Part shown: positions 34,565 to 46,048 of the stretch, one piece after another
Layout: each line of letters starts with the position of its first letter
How positions within the stretch are numbered: the first letter of the stretch is position 1
Source: Octopus bimaculoides
Lineage: Eukaryota
Reading direction: 5' to 3'
DNA length: 47,830 nucleotides
Assembly: GCF_001194135.2 (NCBI RefSeq)
Contig: NC_068991.1
Span: 7,915,574 to 7,963,403, forward strand
Translations under genes and position numbers: made by a program
Notes under the pieces: generated by a model
The model's database searches: none
Seen by the model: the letters and a program-made list of their open reading frames with translations, nothing else
What the model was told of the DNA's origin: nothing

Positions 34565-35681
34565 CAAGAGAAAGAGAGAGACTGAGGGGGAAAGTGAGAG
34601 AGAGAGAGAGAAAGTGAGGGAGTTTCTGAATGTGTGTGTGTGTGTGTGAGGGAGAGAGAGATTGTGAATGTATGCATGCATGTATTTTCATATGTTTGTG
34701 TCTGTGTGTCTTTGCTTGGCTCCGTTTGGGTGGTGGCAACATTTTCTTCTGTTCCACGTAAACAATATTTATTTGCAGCTGAGCAGTTCAACAGTGTAAA
34801 ATAATTAAAGCACCTTTACCTGTCAGGTGTGCCAGCATGGGAAAAAGGGAACATAAGCACAATGATAATGGTGATGATGATGATGATGATGATGATGATA
34901 AGGAGAATAGCGGCAACAACAATGATGAGGATGATGATGATGATGATGATGACAATGATGGTGATGATGATGATGATAATGATAATGAGGAGGAGGAGGA
35001 GGAGGAGCGGGAGGGGCAAGAGGAACAGGAGGAGCAGGAGGAGGATGGCGATGATGACGATGATGATGATGATGACGACGATGATGATGATGTTGATGAT
35101 AATGACGATGATGATGATGATGATGACGATGACAATAATGATGATGATGATGACAACGGTGTCAATGATAATGATGATGATGATGTTGACCACAACAACA
35201 ATATCGTTAATAAACAAAAACAACTTAGAAGAAGAGACTTGATACTTAACTATTTTGTCTGCATGCAAACATATTGAATTGAAAATTAAATTGAATAATG
35301 TCATTCATTATAATTAATTTTTTCTTTCCTTTTTTTCTTTTTTTTTACCTAAAATTGCAAAATCTTGCCATGGAAGCATTCAGCTTCATAATTTTACTAT
35401 CAAAATGGATGAGATAAATTAACCAGATATTTTTCCCCACTTTTAAAATTTTTATTTCTGTTATTTACTTATTAATTAATTTATTTATCTATTTTTATTT
35501 TTTATTTAATTATTTATTACTCTTTAACATTTTATTATAAAATTCTTTATTTTAGTAAAAATTGATTAAAAAAATCAAGTAAAAGTTATTAAAAAATAAA
35601 TGATTAAATTTATTCTGTTTTCAAACTTGACATAAAAATACTTCTTTTTTATTGCCAAGACCAATCCTTTTGCTAATTTTC

Positions 35682-35742
<61 letters not shown>

Positions 35743-36504
35743 TTTTTTTTTTGTAGTAAAAATAAAATGTAGAAAACAGTTCCTAGTATCATACAACTTA
35801 ACTATTTTAAGTATAATGCTATAGAAAGCCTTTGTGTAAAAAAATTAATGACCCTGTGTTCAAATGCTCTTATGATTTAATTTAAAGTAGAATTAGTTTT
35901 ATCAATGTGAAGTGTGTTATGCTAGACACAAACAAAGAGACGTAACACAAATTAAAATAATATAAAATGAAATAAATCTCTTTTCTCATAAATTATTCAA
36001 GAGAAATTCCAATTCCAGTTTGCTTTCGACTTTAATTAGTCACCAGACTTTATCCCATAATTTCAAACCAATTTGGCAATCTTCTGTTACTCTCTCTCAC
36101 ACACACGCACATGCACACAGAGGAGAAATTGTGATAAAACCAAGTTTATATTACTAGTTCTTAAGTATGTTTCACCATAATTGTAGCTTGGAAACCTGCA
36201 TTGAGTCTACCAAGTGCATTTGAATACTTAACCAGAATTTATAATCAGAGAATGCTTCATTGCATCAAGTTACAAAGAACCAATGGACATTAAGTTACAT
36301 GTAACTAAATGCAAAAAAAAAAAAAAATGGTTCGTTGATGATCTGTTCTGGACACTGCATATATATAACTAATTTAGAGACGAACCACCATTCCACAACT
36401 CAGTCAATGAAGAACCCGTCCAAAACCTAGCTACTGTGTCTAGTTTGGCAGGGTTTTTACGGCTGGATGCCCTTCCTAACACCAACCACTCCACAGAGTG
36501 GACT

Positions 36505-38720
36505 CGGCCGTAACCGACCAAAATTAATTCCCATTTATTTGTTCAAACCGGCCGTATCCGAAAGCTCTACGAAATCGCTAAAAAAAAAAAACAAATCACG
36601 TTATTGAATTCTCGTAGGTTTGAGATAATGCGAGATGAAGCCTTTCCCGCCTTTATTCAAGTATAAATACTGGGAAATTGTTTTGACCAAAGAGTTTACC
36701 TTATTTGTGAAAGAAATGGTGTCGGTAAGTAGCGATTTCGATTTTGAAGGATTTACAATTGTTGATATTGAAAATATAAACGAAAACAAAAGTATTTGTC
36801 TTCTGATAAATCCGATATCGATATCAGTGGTTATTCGTCGGACGAGGGAGATTTTAATAACGAAAGTAATGAAAATGCTAGCGTAAACATGGCAACCTGG
36901 TCAAAAATCACAACACCAAACACTATTTCTGATTTTACAGAAAACACTGGTCCACAACATAATTTACCTCCTGATGCTCCACCATTAGACTATCTATTTT
37001 TAGTTTTACCAGAAATTTTTTTTTGAAAATGTTGCGGAGGAAACAAACAAATATGCGCAACATTTAATTGCTGTTCGTGGAAGAAACGATCCATTATGGC
37101 AGCCAACTAATACTGCGGAAATGAGAGAGCGTTTTTCATAATTAATATTATGTTTGGTGTCAAACAGCTTCCTCGACTGTGGAACTATTGGAGTCCCGAT
37201 GTAAGGTGGCGATCCATATATTTCGAATATAATGTCAAAGACGAGGTATTCGAAAATATCTCAGTATTTGCATTTAACTGATTCTGCAAATGCTCCCAAC
37301 AAAAACGACCCAAACTACGATCCCCTGTACAAAGTACGTCCTGTAATCGATTTACTTTTTAATAATTATAAAACTGTTTATCTACCTGGGGAAAAATCGC
37401 AGTGTAGATGAAGCCATGATAAGCTCTAAGGGGCAGAGTACATTTTCGGCAGTACATGCCTGCCGAACCTATTAAATGGGGGATCAAGGTATGGGAAGTT
37501 TGTGAATCGGAGACGGGATATTGTGTAAACTTCAATGTTTACACAGGGAAAAAATATAATGGGAAAAGCCCTCATGGATTGGGACATGATGTTGTGTGGT
37601 CTCTTACACAACCATTATTTCACCATTAGCACCGACACTTCTATTTCGACCGTTTTTTTTTTTCAGTGGCTTTGGCGGAAAATCTTGCCCGTGTTAAGCA
37701 CTGTTATGGGAAACCGTAAAGGTTTACCCCATGAAATGAAAATAAAATTTTTAAAAAAGAGGGGACATTTTACAGATGCAAAAAGAAAATTTATTGATTA
37801 CTGCTTTAAAAGACAAAAGACAAGATTTTATTTCTGTCTTCTAATGAACAACCTGGTGGTGGTGCTGAGGGGAAACTCCTCGTGAATATTTGTTATAACA
37901 AATATATGGGTGGGGTTGATAAATCCGACCAATATTGGGCATATTACCCAGTTGGGAAGAAATGGTGGAGGTACATTTTGTGGTTGTTAGTTAATTCAAC
38001 TATAGGTAAATTCATATATTGTATATGTAAAAAAGCCACAAAGTACCTCCGCCACCAAAAGACTACGACCATTTGAAATTCCGGGTTGACATAGCATCTT
38101 AGTTACGTGAGGGTTTTTCTTCTAGAAAGCACAGAACTGGGAGAAAAGCAAAATTAACTGAGGTGGCTGTCAACAGAGAAAATATTGACTTCCATCAAGT
38201 CGAAAAGATAAATGGAAGGAAAAAGTTTGCAGACTGTGTTCACTGCAAAAGGGTATCAGATTGAGACTCCGTATATGTGTTCCTTTTGCAAAGTGCCTTT
38301 GTATAAAGGGTGCTTTGGGCAGTTTCATGACAGAAATATGTCATACTATATTATTTTGTAAGTATATTATTTTATATAGTCTTTTTCGTTTTATTATAAA
38401 TAATATGTGAAGTGAGAACTATATATTAATTTTCAGTTTATTACACACCTGTATTCACCTTTGTCTCACCTGTTAATGAGATTTTTTTTATTAGATGCAT
38501 TCTGTTACGTAAATGAATTCGTTAGCCAATGGATGGCATATTGACTAGTAAAAGAGTTTTGTACTTTATTTTCAATGAAAACGTTTGAATGAAATATAGA
38601 AAAAGAGTAAAATCTTCTACCGATTACACCTGTATTTTAATTAATTCAAATTAATGTACTTCATCTTGAAAAATGTGAAATTGTTGGCGGTTGACATCTG
38701 CGATAATTTTAGCACCTAAC
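36505..38720 (+). mobile_element. piggyBac DNA transposon remnant, terminal inverted repeats not recognisable
   Basis: Non-coding flanks around the decayed transposase; the left end abuts a family D fragment at 36430-36505. Confidence 0.8.
36716..38361 (+). pseudogene. piggyBac transposase pseudogene (PGBD4-like family)
   Basis: Acidic N-terminus, PLDYLFL..PE, ETNKYA, DPLYKVRPVID, SVDEAMI, QYMPAEPIKWGIKVW, YFDRFF, YNKYMGGVDKSDQ, KKWWRY and a Cys-rich C-terminus (CRLC...YMCSFCKVPL...CFGQFH); several frameshifts and stops. Confidence 0.92.
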
Positions 38721-38835
38721 CAAACAGAATATGAATTTTAGTGTTTATTCATAATGTTATTGTTTTACACCTACTCCTACTACTACTACTGGTGCTAATA
38801 ATAATAGTAATAATAATAAAAATAACAACTTGGAA

Positions 38836-38995
38836 TTACTTGGAACTGTACGCATATTGCGTAAAGTACTGTCTGTCTGAGATCCTTGTGACTTGACAAA
38901 CAGTAAAAACCCAGGTAGACACAATATCTTCAATCAACAACCTCACGATATTGTATACTGTGTGTCGTCTATGATGATGATGATAATAATAATAA
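38836..38995 (+). mobile_element. R4/Dong-clade 3' end (ORF terminus, 3'UTR, (TGA)n(TAA)n tail)
   Basis: LLGTVRILRKVLSV-stop (38836-38880) is the typical C-terminal motif of these RLE elements. Confidence 0.75.
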
Positions 38996-39502
38996 AACAG
39001 TAACAACAACAATAATAACGGGTGTATTGGGCTTTGTATATTTGTAACCTAGCATCACTTTGATGGCGTGTGCTACTCTCACCTAATAATAATAATAATG
39101 ATATTAACGACAACAATAATGATAATAAGCGGTGAAGAACAATGAAGAAGAAAACGAGTCGTTAATGTAAGAGATCTCATTTACAGCTGATGTGTTTAGT
39201 CATATTCATTGAAGTGGAACAAGAGTTCAAGTCTGACACGATTCTAGTGATTCATTGGTGCCGACTGCTAACCTCCAGCCATTGACTTAAGAGGTTGGCA
39301 CACATTTGGACAACTAAGTGTCTTTTGTGCGATTTTTATGCTGTGTCATAGATATGATTCATAAAAATATATATATATATTGTGGCAAACTTGTACATGT
39401 TAATACACACTCTGGGATGTTTTATATACATACATGGAATGAAATGAACGGGTACAACTGTATGGGGTCTGGAAATATGGTACGTTTGACTGAACGTTCA
39501 GT

Positions 39503-40090
39503 ATGCTCTTTACTCTTTTACTTGTTTCAGTCATTTGACCGTGGCCATGCTGGAGCACCGCATTTAGTCGAGCAAATCGACCCCAGGACTTATTCTTTGG
39601 AAGCCTAGTACTTATTCTATTGGTCTCTTTTGCGGAACAGCTAAGTTATGAGGATGTAAACACACCAGCATCGGTTGTCAAGCGATGTTGGGGGGACAAA
39701 CACAGACACACAAACATATACACACACACACATACATACACATATATATNNNNNNNNNNNNNNNNNNNNNNNNNNNNNNNNNNNNNNNNNNNNNNNNNNN
39801 NNNNNNNNNNNNNNNNNNNNNNNNNNNNNNNNNNNNNNNNNNNNNNNNNNNNNNNNNNNNNNNNNNNNNNNNNNNNNNNNNNNNNNNNNNNNNNNNNNNN
39901 NNNNNNNNNNNNNNNNNNNNNNNNNNNNNNNNNNNNNNNNNNNCGATGGGCTTCTTTAAGTTTCCGTCTACCAAATCCACTCACAATGCTTTGGTCAGCC
40001 CGAGGCTATAGTAGAAGACACTTGCCCAAGGTGCCACGCAGTGGGACTGAACCTGGAACCATGTGGTTGGTAAGCAAGCTACTTACCACA
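39503..40090 (-). mobile_element. Near full-length young SINE B with internal (TA/TG)n tract and gap
   Basis: Head 39944-40090, internal microsatellite and gap 39715-39943, body and (AAAAGAG)n tail 39503-39715. Confidence 0.9.
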
Positions 40091-41273
40091 AGTAAAAAAA
40101 TTCTAATTATTTAAATTTGCACTTGTGTGGCAAGGAGAAAGAATCAAGACAGAGAAGAGAGACAACCTACAAAACTATAAGTAAATGTAATCAATTGAAA
40201 ATAGAATGTGAACCCAACAGTAAATTCAGTTGACTGTTGACAGTACAGTGATAACTCTGGACATGTTTCACTTTTATTAGGCCTCGTTAAGGTAGCATAA
40301 TCCTTATATATATATATACACACACACACACACAAGTAAGCACATAATTGGAAAAGATAGTACTTGAATAGCAAAGGTAGAGTAATGTGATAATTGTTGA
40401 ATCCCGAAAAAAGTCTTCCCAGTTTATTTACTCAGTTTCATGACTGTTTGTCAGACAGTTGCAATGATATCGTCACAACCGTCTGACGAATATTCCATGT
40501 GAAACTCTGAGTAGTTTTTCTTGATAAATGGTATATTTTGAGCGAGACACTTTATTTCACGTTGCTCCATTTCACACATCTGTAGAAATGAGTTGCGATG
40601 TCACTTAGTATCTGTCTGTCTGTCTATCTATCTGGCTATCTATCTATCTATCTATCCATCCATCCATCTATCTATCTCTTACCATAAATCTTTCTCTTTT
40701 ATTGTTTGTTTTTCCTGCATATGTGCTCATGTGCTCTCAGAGTTTTGTTTTTAGTTTTATTATTATTATTATTGTCAATATTATTATTATTATTATTATT
40801 ATTATTATCAATATTATTACTATTATCAATATTATTACTATTATTATTATTATTATTATTACTTTTATCATTATTATTATTATTACTTTTATCATTATTA
40901 TTACTATTATCATTATTATTATTATTGTTATCATTTATATATTCTGAATAAACACTCAAATTGTAGAATCTGTTATTCTCTAGACATGTCATTTGACATC
41001 TTAAGAAGCATGGCTCACGCTTCTTTGTAACTTGAGTCACGACATTCCAGCTGAGCTGATAGCAGCAGCAGTTGTGGTGGTGGTGGTTGTTGTAGTAGTG
41101 GTGGTGGAGGTAGTAGTAATAGTAATAGTGGAGCTGGTAGTGGTGGTGGTAGTCACTGCTGTTGCGTCTACAAAAACAATAGAAGCAATAACAGGAGTCG
41201 CAACCACAGGATCATCATCATCACCACCACCACCACCACCACCACCACCACCATCATCATCGTCATCATTATT

Positions 41274-41342
41274 GTTAAGCAATGTCAAGCCTAGTCAGTA
41301 CTCAGATGGGTGACAGCTTGGGAAAACCTAGGTTCTGTCAGC
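41274..41342 (+). pseudogene. 5S rRNA-derived fragment (3' half, internal control region)
   Basis: GTTAAGCAATGTCAAGCCTAGTCAGTACTCAGATGGGTGACAGCTTGGGAAAACCTAGGTTCTGTCAGC aligns to the metazoan 5S 3' half as I recall it (GTTAAGCAACGTCGAGCCCGGTTAGTACTTGGATGGGTGACCGCCTGGGAATACCGGGTGCTGTAAGC). Confidence 0.8.
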
Positions 41343-41356
41343 ATCTCGCACACTAT

Positions 41357-41886
41357 AAGGTGACGAGCTGGCAGAATCGTTTGCGCGTCGGGTGAAATGC
41401 TTAGCGGTATTTTGTCTGCCATTACGTTCTGAGTTCAAATTCCACCATGGTCAACTATGTCTTTCATCCTTCCAGAGTTGATAAATTAAGTACCTGTAAG
41501 ACACTGGGGTTGATGTAATTTACTAGTCCCCTCCCCACAAATTTCAAGCCTTGTGCCTATAGTAGAAAACATTATCGCTTCCACCTTAGCGACTGGCCAA
41601 TTCACAAGAGTTACAAAAAAAAAAAAAATTCCTTGTGTTATTTAGTTAGTGACCTTTATATTCTGAGTTCAAATCCCACTACAGCCAGCTTTGTCTTTTA
41701 TCTTCCTGGGGTCAATAAAATAAGTATCAGTCAAGTACTGAGGTCGATAGTGCAGTGAACCAACTTCCTCCTCTCTAATCTTCTGTCTTTGTGTTAGAAT
41801 TACATTAACCCAAGTCTAGTAGAGGGGTCAGTGTAATCAACTAACCCCCATCCACTAAAATTGCTGGCTTTGTACCAAATTTTGAA

Positions 41887-41917
<31 letters not shown>

Positions 41918-42160
41918 GTAGTAGTAGTAGTCATGGTAAGGTGGCAAGCTTTCGTGGCTGTTAGCATGCCAGACAAAATGCTTAGAGTCAATGGTTCTGG
42001 CTGTTTATGTTCTGAGTTCAAATTTTACTGAGGTCACCTTTGCCTTTCGTCCTCTCGAGGTTGACAAAATAAGTGCCAGTCAAGCACTAGAGTCAATGTA
42101 GTCACCGACACCACCCCACAAAATGTCAGGCCTGGTGCCTATGTTAGAGAGGATTATTAT
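41357..42160 (+). mobile_element. Cluster of same-orientation SINE C copies (41357-41575, ~41650-41800, tail 41810-41890, 41935-42160)
   Basis: Repeated TTCTGAGTTCAAAT...GGGGTYRATAAAATAAGTA...CCTTGTGCCTA modules. Confidence 0.85.
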
Positions 42161-42162
42161 TA

Positions 42163-42530
42163 TTACCTTTGCCTTAGTGAAGGTGGAGGTATTGTTTTCA
42201 GTCGCATTTGTTAGTTTGTCCATGGACAAGATATCTCAAGAACCGCTGGAGGGATTTGGATGAAACTTTCAGGGATGTTTGGCCTTGTGACTGGCACAAA
42301 ATGATTAAATTTTGGGATTGATCCAGTACCGGACAAGGATTCTGGATTGTTTTTCCATTTTTTTTACTTAATTGTTGAGAGCGGTCGGGTTGATTTTTTT
42401 AGTATTCTCGTTTGTGAGAGGAGTTGAGTTTATTTCAGATATTCTCATTTTAAAAATCATCTCCGTCTAATTGTTGAGAGGACGTTGGTGTTGCCTTGGC
42501 AGAGGTTTGCACTGTCTGAGTGCTCTTGTT
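42163..42530 (+). mobile_element. Helentron-associated non-autonomous element (DINE-1/HINE-like)
   Basis: 5' TTACCTTTGCC..GGTGGAGGT, core GATTTGGATGAAACTTTCAGG, 3' subterminal inverted repeat GGCAGAGGT (42498-42506), hairpin GCACT-GTCTG-AGTGC (42509-42523), TT ends. Confidence 0.7.
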
Positions 42531-42550
42531 ATCATTATTATTATTATTAT

Positions 42551-43380
42551 TGGGATGTAGTGGTGAAGCATGACCTTCAAACTTTAGGCCTCACCAAAGC
42601 AATGACTAGTGACCGGGACCTTTGGAAATATGCAGTACGTGAGAAGACCCGGCAAGCCAAGTGAGTGCATAGTCTGTGGCCTCTGCCAGAAGTGTAGCCA
42701 GCTCACTTATGCGTATCTTTACTTCATTGGACACTGAACTCTGCTTGCGAAGACCTGTTGAGGCAAGTGAATTGAAATCAAAATTGAACCAAATTCGACG
42801 ACTGGCACCCAAGCCAACCTCTCCTTCATTGGATACTAAACTCTGTTTGCGAAGACCTGTTGGGGCAAGTGAAATCGAAATCGTAATTGAACCGTATTCG
42901 ATGACCGGCACCTGNNNNNNNNNNNNNNNNNNNNNNNNNNNNNNNNNNNNNNNNNNNNNNNNNNNNNNNNNNNNNNNNNNNNNNNNNNNNNNNNNNNNNN
43001 GGCTTCCGTGCTAGTGGCACGTAAATAGCACCATTTGAGCGTGATCGTTACCAGCGTCTGCTGGTAGCACGTTAGAAAATCATTCGAGCGAGGTCATTGC
43101 CAGTGTCGCTGGACTGGCTCCTGTACAGGTGGAACGTAAACAACACCATGTTGAGCGTAGCCGTATCCAGTACCACGTGACTGGCCCTCGTGCTGGTGGC
43201 ACGTAAAAGCACCCACTACACTCTCGGAATGGTTGACATTAGAAAGGACATCCAACTGTAGACACTGTACGGAAGCAGACGGCAAGGCTACACACAGTCT
43301 TCTCACTTGCCAGCTTCTGTCAAACTGTCCAGCTCATGCCGACATGGAAACAGGATGTTAAATGATGATGATAATGATGA
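42551..43380 (+). mobile_element. 5'-truncated RTE LINE: ORF C-terminus, long modular 3'UTR, (GAT)n tail
   Basis: WDVVVKHDLQTLGLTKAMTSDRDLWKYAVREKTRQAK-stop (42551-42664) fits the RTE W-x-D/E...DL...DR-x-x-W C-terminal motif; 102-bp duplication at 42723/42825; family D tail. Confidence 0.85.
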
Positions 43381-43421
43381 AGATTATTTATTTATTCATT
43401 TATTTATTTGTAATTAATGAG

Positions 43422-43640
43422 ATAAACTGGCAGAATTGTGAAACACCGGAAGAAATGCTTAGTGGCATCTCTTCCGACTTCCTCTTCTGAGTTCAAATGC
43501 TACCAGGCTCAACTTTTTGCCTTTCATCCTTTCGGGGTCGATAAAGTAAGTTACCAGTTGAACACTAGGGGTCAATGGAATTGACCTTCCCCACTTGTCC
43601 TGAAATTGCTGGCCTGTGCTAAACTTCAGAACCATTATAA
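43422..43640 (+). mobile_element. SINE C
   Basis: AACTGGCAGAATTGTGAAACACCGG...TTCTGAGTTCAAATGC...CCTTTCGGGGTCGATAAAGTAAG. Confidence 0.8.
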
Positions 43641-44211
43641 TTTATTTGTAATAGCAGTAGTAGTAGTGGTGGTAGTGGTGATGGTTGTGATGATGATGAT
43701 GGCGGTGGTGGTGGTGGCGGCAGCAGTGATAGTGGTGATGGTTGTGATGATGGCAGTGGTGGTGATGGTGGTGGTTGGTGGTGACGCTTGTGGCATCAGC
43801 AGCAGAGACTGCAATAGGGATAGTATTAACCACAATAACATTAGCAGCAGCAGCAGAATTCATAGTCTGCTGTTGTTATGCCAGAAGATGTCTGGTCTGG
43901 CCTAATAGTACTTTCACTATAAACACTGAAGACAGCAGTTGCGCAACATTGGTAATAAAAGTAGAAAAAGAAGAAAAAAAACAAACAAACAAGCAATAAC
44001 TAGCAGCCAGCAACGAATTTGCACATTTGCATCGACTGCAAGCGTTCTGCAGCAGGACAGTCTGTCCTATACTGCATTGCCTCACCTGGCTATTGGAAAA
44101 TAAGTGCCAGGTCTTCCTGGGAATTCTACCTGCAATGGTCTGGGGCTTTATCCAAGGAAGGAGATATTTCTTTCAACTGCTTTAGGCCTTGGAATAAGAG
44201 CTAAGACCCTC

Positions 44212-44765
44212 CACATGCACATGCATACATGCATATACACATACTAATGCATATGTGTAAACACACACATGCACATGTATGCACACAATACACAAGCATA
44301 CACATGTATAAACACATATACATGTATAGACACAGAAAACATACACACATGTATACACTATAATACACACGTGTATACACACACTCACATACATGCGCAT
44401 GTGTATAAACATATGCACACACACATATGCACATATCTATAAACAGACACGTGCATGCATATGTATAAACACACACACACACACACACAGACATATGTAT
44501 ACACACATACACATGCATATGTATAAAAACAAACATATGTATACACATACACACACACAAGCATATGTATACGCACACACATGCACATATCTATAAACAG
44601 ACACATGCATGCATATGTATAAACACACACATGTACGAACACACACATACACGCATGCATATGTATAAAAGCAAACATGTATACACATGCACACACACAC
44701 AAACACACATATATACGTATACACACATATATATACGTATACACACATATATATATACACACACA
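44212..44765. repeat. CA/TA-rich tract with a 154-bp internal duplication
   Basis: ATGCACATATCTATAAACAGACAC(G/A)TGCATGCATATGTATAAACACACAC at 44427 and 44581. Confidence 0.85.
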
Positions 44766-45233
44766 CCCTGGTAGATTAGGCGATATGTACATTCCAGAAG
44801 ACTGCGTACACCAACAGTGACTGCAACAGAAACATCAACAAATTTGACATGTGAAGACTGCATATGAAAAACATTTGGCTGGGTTTTCTTGTTTTTTTTT
44901 ATATTTTAAAGCAGTTTTATTATATTTAATTTTTTTTTTTTCTGATTTCATAATTCAATTTCTACCAGTTACATATTTTNNNNNNNNNNNNNNNNNNNNN
45001 NNNNNNNNNNNNNNNNNNNNNNNNNNNNNNNNNNNNNNNNNNNNNNNNNNNNNNNNNNNNNNNNNNNNNNNNNNNNNNNNNNNNNNNNNNNTCAGCCGGG
45101 GGAAAAAGATTAGAAACTCCCTTAACCGATAAAGATATTTAAACAATGTTTCTTATGCCCTTTATTCTTTCAATTTATAATCACACACACACACACACAC
45201 ACATACACATGAAGGAAAAATAAAAATAAAAAA

Positions 45234-45290
45234 CCGGAAATGCTTGTAGATATGTTTTTAGGGCGGGGTGACATATCCTGATTGGCGCTG
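45234..45290. promoter_or_regulatory. Candidate core promoter: ETS-like site, GC box, inverted CCAAT box
   Basis: CCGGAAAT (45234-45241), GGGCGGGG (45261-45268) and CTGATTGG (45278-45285) within about 52 bp of non-repetitive DNA. Confidence 0.45.
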
Positions 45291-45762
45291 AGCTACTGTT
45301 TCAGCTGCAGAAGGGGACCACCAACTTGGTCAAGTTAAACCCACAAGAACGTTATTTATTTATATATTTGTTAGTCTGCTGTATGCGAATTCCCAAAGGA
45401 CTTATAAACGAGATATGATGTTGATTAAGTTGAAATGCAGTGCTGACATTACAAGAGTTTCATATTTTAAAGAATGCATACATACATGTATATATACATG
45501 CATACACAAATACATATATATATATATATATATTTCTGTATGCATGTGTATATACATGTATGTATGCATTTTTATATAAATATATATATATGTATATATA
45601 CACACATACATACATATACATACACACACACATCTATAAGCGCGTGTGTCATTGTGACAAGTTCAAAAGATACTATGTCAAGCCACTTAGAATAAAGAGT
45701 TGAGAGCAAACATACATACATACATACATATATGAATATATATATATATATATATTTATATA

Positions 45763-45813
<51 letters not shown>

Positions 45814-45867
45814 ATACACACACACGCACGCACACACACACGCGCACACACACACACACACACAAAT

Positions 45868-46000
45868 CAGCATCATCATCATTCAATGTCCTCTTTCCAT
45901 GCTGCCATGGGTTAGACTGGAACTGGTAAGCTGGAGAGCTGTACCAGGTTCCAGTCTGATTTGGCATTGTTTCTATGGCTGAATGCCATTCTTAATGTCA
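45868..46000 (-). mobile_element. RTE 3'-end copy (family D variant)
   Basis: (ATC)n-TTCAATGTCCTCTTTCCATGCTGCCATGGGTTAG...GGCTGAATGCCATTCTTAATG. Confidence 0.7.
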
Positions 46001-46048
46001 TATATATAAAGAGAGAGAGAGAGATACATACAAACACACACACACATA

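Noticed and set aside
40360-40560. Possible Penelope-like remnants (also ~60-130 and ~36230-36290)
   Set aside because: Only vague resemblance from memory; no RT or GIY-YIG motif could be read.
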